In this document: positions 17,971 to 26,752 of the stretch, in pieces
Layout: each line of letters starts with the position of its first letter
Position numbering within the stretch: position 1 is the stretch's first letter
From: Candidatus Peribacteria bacterium
GTDB taxonomy: Bacteria; Patescibacteriota; Gracilibacteria; Peribacterales; Peribacteraceae
NCBI GenBank assembly: GCA_028286915.1
Contig: JAQBQQ010000006.1
Location: 9,595 to 73,594 of the forward strand
Reading direction: 5' to 3'
Length of the DNA: 64,000 nt
The notes under the pieces: model-generated
Databases searched by the model: none
The model's input: the letters and a program-made list of their open reading frames with translations, nothing else
Told to the model about the DNA's origin: nothing
Made by a program: the position numbers and the translations under genes

Positions 17971-20115
17971 ATGGATGATAATGTGCCACTTCCCGGCGCC
18001 GGTGCCACACCGGAAATGATTCCGGCTACTGTATCCGTATCCGATACCGGTGTTCCGTTAGACGGTATCGCCTCCGGTGAGCAGCCAACGGCTGAGATAA
18101 ACGCGCCTGCACCCGTAACAGCCGAAACCGTGCCACCGGAGTTAATGGCGAAAGCGAAGAAGACCGAAAAAATGCTCATAGCCATAGGGGCGCTCGCCTA
18201 TATTTTGTATGGAGGCTGGTGCGCCTTCTTGCTGGCAACACTGCCCAGCGCCAATGCCGGCAGTAAAAATCTGGTGTCCGCAGGTTTGGTAAGTTGTCTT
18301 GTTGCCGCCGGCATATTACTCATGCTTGTACTAATTGCCATGCAGCGGATTGCCAAAGCGGATGTGGCTATAAGCAGACGTAAAATAAGTCTGATGAAGA
18401 TACTCATTGTCACTGTTCCGGGTATTCTGTTAAGCGCGCTTGTGCCGCTTAAAATTACGGGCCAGCCGCCGCTTTGGATAGATATTGTCTACCCAACCCA
18501 GACCGAAGATTTTGTGGCACCGTTGGCGGTAACATTCAGCGTGGAAAAGGCGACGGCGACGCTGCGGGAGCAGAATATAAAAGCCATCCGCTATACATGG
18601 GATTTTGATGGCGACGGGAAGCCGAATGATGAAACCGTACTGCCCGTAACCACAGGACTGTACGATCAGCGTGGCGTTTTTACGGTGACGGTAAAAATAG
18701 ATACAGGCGGCGGTGCCAGCCGCACCATTAGTCGCAGGCTTACCATTCCGGAAGCAGTGTTCTCCGTTTCACCGGCAAAGCCTATCGTGGAACAACCGGT
18801 CCGCCTGAGTGTCGGTCAGCTCTTAACGGATCCATCGCTTTTAAAAGAAGTGACCTGGGATTTTGATGGTGACGGTACGGTGGATCAGACTACAAAGGAA
18901 ACCGATACTGTGCATACTTTTTACACAACCGGCAGATTTGCCGTTACGGCCGTTCTCACTTTGGCTAACCAGTCGCAGCGGACACTCATACGAAAAGTGG
19001 ATGTAGAAAACCCGCCGCCGTTGCCGTTCCCGATTACCCTTACGACAGATCCTTCCACACTGGTTGGCCCTGCTCCGTTCGGCGCCGGCTTTAAGCTGGA
19101 AACAGCCGAATCCATTAAAGAAGTACAGTGGTCGTTTGGTGATGGCAAAGAGGAGCACGGTGCGCAGTTACTTAAAGTTCTCCATTCATTTGATAAGCCG
19201 GGTGTGTATTCGGTCACGGCAAAAGTGCGCTCAGCGAGCGGCTCACGGCCACAGGCTGAGCTTTCAGCCATTGTACGCGTAACGCAGACATTGCAATTGT
19301 CTGATCTGCATTTTACCAGCAAGCCGGAATTACAGTCCCAGACTCTGTCCGGCGAAGTGCCGCTTACCATTCACATAACACCGGTTACCAGCGTTCCGCT
19401 GATTGAGTTTTCCTGGGAAACGCCGGGTGCCACTACCAGGACCAATACAGGCGCCACACTGGAAGCCAGATACCGAAACGAGGGAAGCTATGTTGTAACT
19501 CTTATTGCCCAGGATCCCGAAGGCCGGGCATTGCGTATGCCGTTCCAGATACAAGCGGAACCCCCCGTACCGGTTGCAGATATTATGGTACGTCCGGATA
19601 CCGGTGATGCTCCGTTGCCTGTGAATTTTGACGCTTCAAATTCCTACATTCCCCCGGGCCAGCACGTTATTGGTTATGAGTGGATCTACGGTGATGAAAA
19701 ACAGGCGGATAGTAAATCTGTCCTGGGCGTGGCGCACAGCACACACTTATATAGCCAGCCGGGCGAGTACACGGTGACATTACGTATTGTCATGGCCAAT
19801 GGTACCGATGTCACTACAAAGCGTACCGTAGTAGTACGCAAACCAAGCCTGAGCGCGTGTATTGCAGCCAGCCGCGTGCGTGTGCAGGCGGGAGGCGGCA
19901 TTCGGTTTAGTGCCACCGACTGCAGCACGGGGGTACCAACCAGCTTCCTCTGGGATGTACGGTCTGATGCCGACCCGACCGTTGTTCTGGCCCAAAGCCA
20001 GGAAAATGAATATATTCATGTGTTTGATACTCCCGGCACATACACTGTTTCGCTCACCCTTAAAGATGCCTGGGGACAGAGCAAAGATTCTTTATCCATT
20101 ACCGTTACACCATGA
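17971..20115 (+). CDS. Membrane protein with multiple PKD domains
   Basis: 3 N-terminal TMs; repeated WDFDGDG / W.FGDG and H.F..PG.Y.V.L motifs. Confidence 0.9.
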   Translation: MDDNVPLPGAGATPEMIPATVSVSDTGVPLDGIASGEQPTAEINAPAPVTAETVPPELMAKAKKTEKMLIAIGALAYILYGGWCAFLLATLPSANAGSKNLVSAGLVSCLVAAGILLMLVLIAMQRIAKADVAISRRKISLMKILIVTVPGILLSALVPLKITGQPPLWIDIVYPTQTEDFVAPLAVTFSVEKATATLREQNIKAIRYTWDFDGDGKPNDETVLPVTTGLYDQRGVFTVTVKIDTGGGASRTISRRLTIPEAVFSVSPAKPIVEQPVRLSVGQLLTDPSLLKEVTWDFDGDGTVDQTTKETDTVHTFYTTGRFAVTAVLTLANQSQRTLIRKVDVENPPPLPFPITLTTDPSTLVGPAPFGAGFKLETAESIKEVQWSFGDGKEEHGAQLLKVLHSFDKPGVYSVTAKVRSASGSRPQAELSAIVRVTQTLQLSDLHFTSKPELQSQTLSGEVPLTIHITPVTSVPLIEFSWETPGATTRTNTGATLEARYRNEGSYVVTLIAQDPEGRALRMPFQIQAEPPVPVADIMVRPDTGDAPLPVNFDASNSYIPPGQHVIGYEWIYGDEKQADSKSVLGVAHSTHLYSQPGEYTVTLRIVMANGTDVTTKRTVVVRKPSLSACIAASRVRVQAGGGIRFSATDCSTGVPTSFLWDVRSDADPTVVLAQSQENEYIHVFDTPGTYTVSLTLKDAWGQSKDSLSITVTP

Positions 20116-20204
20116 AGCAAAAAACTGTCGTTCGCGTATTCGCCATCTGCGGAGCACTCGCCATTCTGCTCGGTGCTATTCTGCCAACGCTCATGAACCT
20201 GTAG
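20112..20204 (+). CDS. 30-aa single-TM microprotein coupled to the PKD gene
   Basis: ATGA overlap; MKQKTVVRVFAICGALAILLGAILPTLMNL. Confidence 0.6.
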   Translation: MKQKTVVRVFAICGALAILLGAILPTLMNL

Positions 20205-20232
20205 ATGCAGCTGGCAGACGCGTAGCAACGCA

Positions 20233-21261
20233 TCATTCTGCCAGTGTTTTTTGTAAGGACAGTGATGCCTCAGTTTCAAAGTTTGCCGTGACAGTTTCGG
20301 GTTCCTCCATCAGTTGAAAGTATCCTGCGGATGCAATCATGGCTGCATTATCGGTGCAATACATATTTAATAATGGGTACCTGAGTGTTACGGCATACTC
20401 ATGGCAGAGCGAGCTTGTAAGCAGGCGCAGATGATTGTTTGCCGAAACGCCGCCGACTAAATGTACTTCACGGGTATCCGGGTGCAACTCTACTGCTTTC
20501 CTCAGCCGGTCAACCAGGTGCCGGCAGAGTGCATGCTCATACGATGCTGCTATATCGGAAACGGCAAAAGGCTCAGGCAGGTCGCGCAACAAATATTTGA
20601 GAGACGTCTTAAGGCCCGAAAAGCTAAAATCACAGGATGAATCACCGTGGAGGGGTAGCGGAAAAGGGTAAGCCTTCTCGTTTCCTTCTGCCGCCATGCG
20701 GGCGATATGCGGACCGCCGGGGTAGGGGAGTCCCAGCATGCTGGCGCCTTTGTCGAATGCTTCACCGGCGGCATCATCCCTGGTTCTGCCGATAAGAGAA
20801 CCATGCATGTGCGATGTTCTGTACCAGATATCCGTATGCCCTCCGGAAGCCGAGAGCGTGAGAACAGGGAATACCGGAGCATTAGCCGGTCCGGTACCCA
20901 GCCATGTAGACGAAAGGTGCCCCAGTGTGTGGTGTACGCCTATGAGCGGCTTCTGCCAGATGGCAGCCAGCATACGTGCCGTAGTGGTCCCAACCAGAAG
21001 CGAACCAAGCAGGCCCGGCCCTCTGGTAACGGCGATGGCATCTATATCCGCCGGTTGCATGCCCGCTGCCTTAAGCGCGTCTTGTATGACAGGAATCATG
21101 TATTCCAGCTGCAGGCGCGCAGCTTCCTCCGGAATCACGCCGGCTAACTTTTCGAACTGCAGGACAGAGCTGGAGATACTATTGGCATATACTTCTGTTC
21201 CGTCTTTTACAATAGCCACAGCCGTTTCGTCACACGATGTTTCAATGCCCAGAATATGCAT
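20233..21261 (-). CDS. tsaD: tRNA N6-adenosine threonylcarbamoyltransferase
   Basis: LGIETSCDET, GPGL.GSL.VG, H..GH, SGGHT, DDAAGEAFDK, FSFSGLKT, TDNAAMIA. Confidence 0.96.
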   Translation of the reverse strand: MHILGIETSCDETAVAIVKDGTEVYANSISSSVLQFEKLAGVIPEEAARLQLEYMIPVIQDALKAAGMQPADIDAIAVTRGPGLLGSLLVGTTTARMLAAIWQKPLIGVHHTLGHLSSTWLGTGPANAPVFPVLTLSASGGHTDIWYRTSHMHGSLIGRTRDDAAGEAFDKGASMLGLPYPGGPHIARMAAEGNEKAYPFPLPLHGDSSCDFSFSGLKTSLKYLLRDLPEPFAVSDIAASYEHALCRHLVDRLRKAVELHPDTREVHLVGGVSANNHLRLLTSSLCHEYAVTLRYPLLNMYCTDNAAMIASAGYFQLMEEPETVTANFETEASLSLQKTLAE

Positions 21262-21362
21262 GGAGGAAGTGTAGAATAAGATGCAGAAAATCCCAATAAG
21301 ATGACATATCACGGCAGTTCCCATCGCTGGTCATGCTGTTCATTTTTCAGTACACTAAAGCC

Positions 21363-22148
21363 GTGATTTCCCTGTTTCCGTCACGGACGGTGGCATTCAT
21401 TATCGGCGGCTTCCCTGTGCATTGGTATGGCATTATGTATCTGCTTGCCTTCGTATGCGCGTTTATCATTCTGCCGAATATTCAGCATTACAGAAAATTG
21501 TACCTTACGCGTGATGAATGGGCGTCCGTTATCTCGGCGTCGGTTATTGGCGTCATTGTCGGTGGCAGACTTGGTTATGTGCTCTTCTATGAGCCGCAGT
21601 ACTTTGCCCAGCATCCGCTGGAAATACTCGCCGTCTGGAACGGCGGCATGGCATCGCATGGCGGATTTATAGGTGTCGCTATCGCGCTGGCATACATTTG
21701 CTGGAAAATGAAACTGGATATTCGCAAGGTAGCCGATGTTGCCGTTATTGCAGTGGCTGTTGGTTTGGCGTTCGGCAGATTCGGGAATTTTATCAACCAG
21801 GAATTATACGGTACGGTGACCACTCTGCCGTGGGGCATTCATATACCAGGCGTAGAGGGCTTACGGCACCCGACACAGATATACGCCATCATAAAAGACC
21901 TGTTCATTGCACTCGTCTGTTATTTTCATTTACGTTACACCCAGCCATTTTACCGCGGCCGGACGGCTGCCTTGTTCCTCATGCTCTATGGTGTTCTCCG
22001 GTTCTTTAAAGAATATCTGATGGTCCAGGATTACCCTCTCATCCCGATTCTAGGCTTTCCATTAAGCCGCGAACAGTTACTGACTATTCCGATATTTCTT
22101 ATCGGTGCATTATTGTGGGTTATTTATAACGAGAAAGAGGAAGCATAA
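21363..22148 (+). CDS. lgt: Prolipoprotein diacylglyceryl transferase
   Basis: HWYGIMY, GGRLGYVL, GGMASHGG, GRFGNFINQE, RHPTQIY. Confidence 0.96.
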   Translation: MISLFPSRTVAFIIGGFPVHWYGIMYLLAFVCAFIILPNIQHYRKLYLTRDEWASVISASVIGVIVGGRLGYVLFYEPQYFAQHPLEILAVWNGGMASHGGFIGVAIALAYICWKMKLDIRKVADVAVIAVAVGLAFGRFGNFINQELYGTVTTLPWGIHIPGVEGLRHPTQIYAIIKDLFIALVCYFHLRYTQPFYRGRTAALFLMLYGVLRFFKEYLMVQDYPLIPILGFPLSREQLLTIPIFLIGALLWVIYNEKEEA

Positions 22149-22160
22149 TAACCAGCTATG

Positions 22161-22799
22161 CTAGGAAGCCATTTCATAAGTATGCGATGAGGCTGCAAAA
22201 ATATTTTTCAAAAATGTTCGTCGGTGCAAACTACACGGGCCGTGTGCGGCAATATTCTGCCTGTGCACAGTTGATCCGTATCCTTTGTGAGTATGGAACT
22301 CATACAACGGATACTGCTGATGATACACAACCATCATCCTATCGCGTGTGACTTTAGCAAGAATAGAGGCTGCTGCAATGCACGGCTCTTTTCTGTCGCC
22401 ACCAATAAGCGATGTATGCGGAACAGAGAATGAATACGGGTCACGTCCGTCGACAAGCAGGTGATCGGGGCATGTTTTTTCCGTCAGCATATCCAGTGCC
22501 CGGCGCATGGCTAATTCATTGGCTCGGACAATACCCATACTGTCGATAAGCTCTGCTTCTACAATGCCGATGCCATAGGAGCAATAGGCGATAATCCACT
22601 CATACGTGAATGACCGTTGACCGGGACTTAGAATTTTACTGTCAGCGATAAGATAATCATTCGCTTTCGGGCGACGGAAAGGGGACCAGTGCGGCAATTT
22701 TCTCCGCCTTCGGAATAACGGCTGATGTAGAATAACCGCACCGGCAACCACCGGCCCGGCAAGCGCCCCGCGGCCGACCTCATCAATGCCGGCAATCAT
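22161..22799 (-). CDS. rnhB: Ribonuclease HII
   Basis: GIDEVGRGALAGPVV, DSK, LVDG, IAAASILAKV.RD, KGYG. Confidence 0.95.
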   Translation of the reverse strand: MIAGIDEVGRGALAGPVVAGAVILHQPLFRRRRKLPHWSPFRRPKANDYLIADSKILSPGQRSFTYEWIIAYCSYGIGIVEAELIDSMGIVRANELAMRRALDMLTEKTCPDHLLVDGRDPYSFSVPHTSLIGGDRKEPCIAAASILAKVTRDRMMVVYHQQYPLYEFHTHKGYGSTVHRQNIAAHGPCSLHRRTFLKNIFAASSHTYEMAS

Positions 22800-22978
22800 C
22801 AGCTGTGTCACCCAAGAAGTATTCCACATTTTCCATCCATGAAAAAGACAGCCGCCCCGCTGTGTGCGGGACGGCCAAACAGCTGGTCATTTACTGCTCA
22901 GAATCCACTGCGCCATCTTTTGCACTTCTTATTTGCTCGGATTCACCGTAATGGATTGAACATTCATTATGATAGCCA

Positions 22979-24289
22979 TCAGGCCGCAGCCAGCAGATCC
23001 TTTACAATTTGCCGCTCATTCCAGGGAATCTGGCCATCTTTGGTCCACATGGTGGTATCGCTGCCTTTACCGCAAAAAATGACGACATCGTGCTCGCGTG
23101 CCTGGGACAGAAGAAATTTAATTGCCTCCAGACGGTCACTAATCTTATGTGCCTCGGTTTGAGCCTGGTCTATGCCCGCCCATACTTCATCTATAATAGC
23201 CTGCGGATCTTCGTTATACGGATCCTCATTTGTCACCACGACAAGATCAGCCAATTCGCTGCAGACACGCCCGATGAACGGACGCTTTTCCTTCATGCGT
23301 TCGCCGCAACTGCCGGTAAGAACCAAAAGGCGTGCATTGGGAGCCAACAGTGCTTTTAGAGAGCTAAGCGTCTTCTGATAAGAAACCGGCGTGACTGTAA
23401 AATCAACAAAAACAGAATACGGTTTGTTGCCGGGTATCCGCTCCATTCGGCCTGGTACGCCGGGAAAGCTGGCAAGCGCTGTTGTGGCTTTTTGCATGTC
23501 CAGGCCGCATGCCTTGGCAATGGACAGGGCAGCCAAAGCATTTTCCATATTAAATTCACCCGGAATGGCGAGCGTAATTGGCATAGTATCGCTCACAACT
23601 TCTTCAATCTGATGAAGTGTGGCCGCTGTTCCAGCGGTAGAAGCACGGATAGCGGTGACAAATAGTTCCTTGGACAAGCCTTTTACGCGGCTTTCCCGCT
23701 GTCCTTCCACGGAATAGCCAATGGTCTTGGCTGATTTAACGGGCAGATACAATGCAAATGTTTCATCATCCATATTCAGAACTTTAGTGCCTTTGCCGCC
23801 CAGCATTTCAAACAGTATCCGTTTATCTTTTCTGTATTGCTCCATGGTTCCATGGTAGTCCAGGTGTTCGGCGGAAGTGTTGGTAATAGCTGTCACCACA
23901 GGCCAGGTAAAAATACCACGGCCTTGTACCAGACCGTGAGAAGAATATTCCAGCACGGCGTGCGTGCATTTTTCCGTTACCAGGCGGCGTAAAAACTTCT
24001 GAATTAAAAATGGCGACGGCAAAGTTTTTTGTGTGGCATTCCATTCTATGGTATTTCGCACCTGGAAAAAAGCTGTGGACAGCGCACCAACCTGCACACC
24101 GGCCTCGTGCAATATATGTGCAGTCATTCCAATGGTTGTTGTTTTTCCATCTGTTCCAGTCACGCCGATAATCTTTAATTTTCTGGCGGGAAACCCGTAG
24201 CGTGCGGCGGCAACCAGAGCTTTCGCCCTGTGCCATTCCAGACGAATAGGACTGCGCTGGCCGATAAGGCCTTTAAGTGCATTGAGCAT
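22979..24289 (-). CDS. murE: UDP-MurNAc-dipeptide--diamino acid ligase
   Basis: IGVTGTDGKTTT, E.SSHGL.Q.R, EHLDYH.TME.Y, VPGRME, GKG. Confidence 0.9.
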   Translation of the reverse strand: MLNALKGLIGQRSPIRLEWHRAKALVAAARYGFPARKLKIIGVTGTDGKTTTIGMTAHILHEAGVQVGALSTAFFQVRNTIEWNATQKTLPSPFLIQKFLRRLVTEKCTHAVLEYSSHGLVQGRGIFTWPVVTAITNTSAEHLDYHGTMEQYRKDKRILFEMLGGKGTKVLNMDDETFALYLPVKSAKTIGYSVEGQRESRVKGLSKELFVTAIRASTAGTAATLHQIEEVVSDTMPITLAIPGEFNMENALAALSIAKACGLDMQKATTALASFPGVPGRMERIPGNKPYSVFVDFTVTPVSYQKTLSSLKALLAPNARLLVLTGSCGERMKEKRPFIGRVCSELADLVVVTNEDPYNEDPQAIIDEVWAGIDQAQTEAHKISDRLEAIKFLLSQAREHDVVIFCGKGSDTTMWTKDGQIPWNERQIVKDLLAAA

Positions 24290-24314
24290 AGAAATTAAGA
24301 ATTCGGGTAGGAAT

Positions 24315-24704
24315 TCAGAACGGAGAAGCCAGTATACTCCTGATGCTGCGGATATCCTCGGCGATCTGCGCTTTTAGTTCTTCCAGTGATGAAAATGCCT
24401 GCACGTCGCGTATGCGCTGGACAACCCTTATATCCACTACGTCCGGCCGCTTTTCCAGAATGGTATCCAGCAAGTGCACTTCACATGCCACAGATCCGTC
24501 GTAGCTGTGGCGCGGTCCGTAATGCAGCGCACCTACCCACTTTTTACCATCAATCGTCACAAAACTTGCATAGACTCCCTGCTCCAGTACGGGTGGCACC
24601 GCGTGCAGATCAATATTCACCGTAGGCGTGCCGAGCTCTTTGCCATGGCCGGCACCGGTAATACTGGAGCCGGTAAAGCTAAGAGGTAAATACGAAGCGG
24701 TCAT
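24315..24704 (-). CDS. Riboflavin kinase (RibF C-terminal domain only)
   Basis: G...G..LG.PT.N, GVY, EVHLLD, IR....F.S.EEL..QI..D. Confidence 0.88.
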   Translation of the reverse strand: MTASYLPLSFTGSSITGAGHGKELGTPTVNIDLHAVPPVLEQGVYASFVTIDGKKWVGALHYGPRHSYDGSVACEVHLLDTILEKRPDVVDIRVVQRIRDVQAFSSLEELKAQIAEDIRSIRSILASPF

Positions 24705-24722
24705 ATAACAGGCAAAAGAAAG

Positions 24723-25739
24723 TTACTTGCTTCTGGTCCGGGCACTGTTCGCCAGAGTTTTGGCGTAGCCCTGCAGCTGGGTAGCCACGGACGAAATATC
24801 GCCGGAAATCTTCTTGGCTTCACCGCCAAGGAACCAGGCATCGCCGGAAAGCCGGATGACTTCATCATATTTACTGTCTATACCAGCCTGATAGCCCCGC
24901 ACCAGCGACCGGAATCCTTCGGTAAGTTTTACGACGGCACGAACCAGCTGCTGCTCCGGCGCACTGGCATGGGCTCCGCGGGAGGAAAGCAGCGCTCTGG
25001 CCGATGCCTGTTCTGCGGCCTTCACGTCACTTTTCTCCAGGCCATTCAGTGTAATAATAAGGTTCTGTTGAGCCTGATCCAGCAGGAACTGTGTCCGTTT
25101 GCCTTCTTTATACTGCAGTAAGCGGTACAGCAAAACGGCGACATCTATACGACTTAAAGGGCGCTCCAACCCGAACCCGCCGTTCGTATTCGGCAGCGCA
25201 ACCGAAGCAGACACGCTGTAGCGAAGGTACGGGTAGTACCATTCCTGCGGATTCGTGTCCGGCGATAATGAAAGCTTCACTTCGCTGTAGGAATTGGGAT
25301 CAATGTCACGAGAGACAATCATCATTTTCAGAAACTCAGCCTTTGTCACGCCGCGCGTGGGATAAAATTTTAGTGTCTTTGGCGGACCGTCCAAAAAACG
25401 CAGTTGCTGGCGTGACCATTCCACATACGGGATGTACCAGGCGTTTGCAGGAATATCTTCGTATACGGTTTTACCGATTTTCATCCGTTCCGTATCAGTC
25501 ATAAGCGGTGCGGCGATAATTTTTACGGCTTCCGCCCTGTTCACCGGTACATTCGGCCGGAACGTTCCGTCTTCGTAACCGACAAGAATATTCTTGTCCT
25601 TTAAGTATTCCACCGCCTCAAACCCGAAGTCACCGGGCTTAACGTCTGTAAATGCCCTGCTCTGTTGGGCCAGTGCAGCCGCCGGCGAAAGAGAAACCGC
25701 TATTGCCGAAATCAGCGTGAGCGCCGTAATGCGTTGCAT
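24723..25739 (-). CDS. S-layer homology (SLH) domain protein
   Basis: Signal peptide; FTDV, GYEDGTFRPN..VNRAE, TKAEFLKM. Confidence 0.88.
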   Translation of the reverse strand: MQRITALTLISAIAVSLSPAAALAQQSRAFTDVKPGDFGFEAVEYLKDKNILVGYEDGTFRPNVPVNRAEAVKIIAAPLMTDTERMKIGKTVYEDIPANAWYIPYVEWSRQQLRFLDGPPKTLKFYPTRGVTKAEFLKMMIVSRDIDPNSYSEVKLSLSPDTNPQEWYYPYLRYSVSASVALPNTNGGFGLERPLSRIDVAVLLYRLLQYKEGKRTQFLLDQAQQNLIITLNGLEKSDVKAAEQASARALLSSRGAHASAPEQQLVRAVVKLTEGFRSLVRGYQAGIDSKYDEVIRLSGDAWFLGGEAKKISGDISSVATQLQGYAKTLANSARTRSK

Positions 25740-25810
25740 AGAAGGAGGATGCGGAAAAGAAGCCATTTTGAGAGGCTTACAGTGTAGCATACACCGCAAA
25801 AAACATACAA

Positions 25811-25835
25811 AACAGGCGGGGGTTACCCGCCTGTT
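25811..25835. terminator. Hairpin terminator
   Basis: AACAGGCGGG-GTTA-CCCGCCTGTT perfect stem. Confidence 0.7.
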
Positions 25836-25841
25836 TATACA

Positions 25842-26042
25842 TTACTGGCGCGTGCGTTTATATGGCTGATAGTTCTGAGGTAAGACCCTGTTGAAAGCCA
25901 TTACATATTTTTGATGTGATTCACTGGTAAGCATGCCTGTCATTTCGAGTGATAAATATTCCCTTCGCAATTGTTCGGGTGGCTTGTCTTTCAGATCAGA
26001 AATATCAACTGTGTTATACAATACGGGAATAGATTGTCGCAT
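25842..26042 (-). CDS. Hypothetical 66-aa protein
   Basis: MRQSIPVLY...; ends just before the terminator. Confidence 0.5.
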   Translation of the reverse strand: MRQSIPVLYNTVDISDLKDKPPEQLRREYLSLEMTGMLTSESHQKYVMAFNRVLPQNYQPYKRTRQ

Positions 26043-26062
26043 AAAAAGAAAGAGTAATAATA

Positions 26063-26230
26063 TTAAGCGGCTGCTTCCGAACATGTGACGTCTGATACTT
26101 TATTACCGGTATCTTCAGCTGTCCGCTGAATCGCCAATGTTATTCTTGCGGCGGAAATATTTGCTTCAACTATCCTTGGATCGATTAAGCTGTTCTTAAG
26201 ATCCTCTGCCTCCGGAACGGTGAGTGCCAT
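26063..26230 (-). CDS. Hypothetical 55-aa protein (not in ORF track)
   Basis: MALTVPEAEDLKNSLIDPRIVEANISAARITLAIQRTAEDTGNKVSDVTCSEAAA; TTGACT upstream. Confidence 0.5.
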   Translation of the reverse strand: MALTVPEAEDLKNSLIDPRIVEANISAARITLAIQRTAEDTGNKVSDVTCSEAAA

Positions 26231-26480
26231 ACAATAAAAGGGGGAAAGTAACGCCCCTATTTTCTTTAAATTGATTCATAAGTCAAGTATTTTATATCAA
26301 ATTGAGAGTTAGATATTTGAACAACAGAATTATAAATAGAGATGAAATACTAGATATTGTCGTAGTACGTATCGCATCACGAGTTATGTGTCATAACATA
26401 CTGGTATAAAAAATATTTTTAGTTTGCTGCTGATTGCCGGACACCTTAAAGAGTCCGCATCACAGTCACAGATACTAAAA

Positions 26481-26520
26481 GCTGGCCTGCCGGCCGTAGT
26501 TCGCCACTGCGAACGAAGGC
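26481..26520 (-). repeat. REP-like hairpin element, copy B, abutting the tRNA-Ser CCA
   Basis: GCC-TTC-GTTCGC-AGTG-GCGAAC-TAC-GGC-CGGCAGGCCAGC. Confidence 0.75.
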
Positions 26521-26610
26521 TGGCGGAGAGAAAGGGATTCGAACCCTTGAGACCCTTGCAGGTCTAACAGTTTTCAAGACTGTCGCCATCGACCACTCGG
26601 CCATCTCTCC
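26521..26610 (-). tRNA. tRNA-Ser(TGA)
   Basis: GGAGAGATGGCCGAGTGG...ACAGT-CT-TGA-AA-ACTGT, long variable arm, GTTCGAATCC, CCA. Confidence 0.96.
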
Positions 26611-26656
26611 AGTACCGACATTGTTGCATATTTCCAGTAATGATCCAGAGAAACTG

Positions 26657-26751
26657 AAGCACTAAGCACGAAATTCCAAATTCCAAATACGGCTGCATTT
26701 GGAATTTAGAGGTTGTCCCAAAGGGATCGCTTAGTGAGAATTTGGAATTTC
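26657..26751. repeat. Inverted heptamer repeat array
   Basis: AAGCACT AAGCACG AAATTCC AAATTCC ... ATTTGGA ATTTAGA ... ATTTGGAATTT. Confidence 0.7.
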
Positions 26752-26752
26752 T

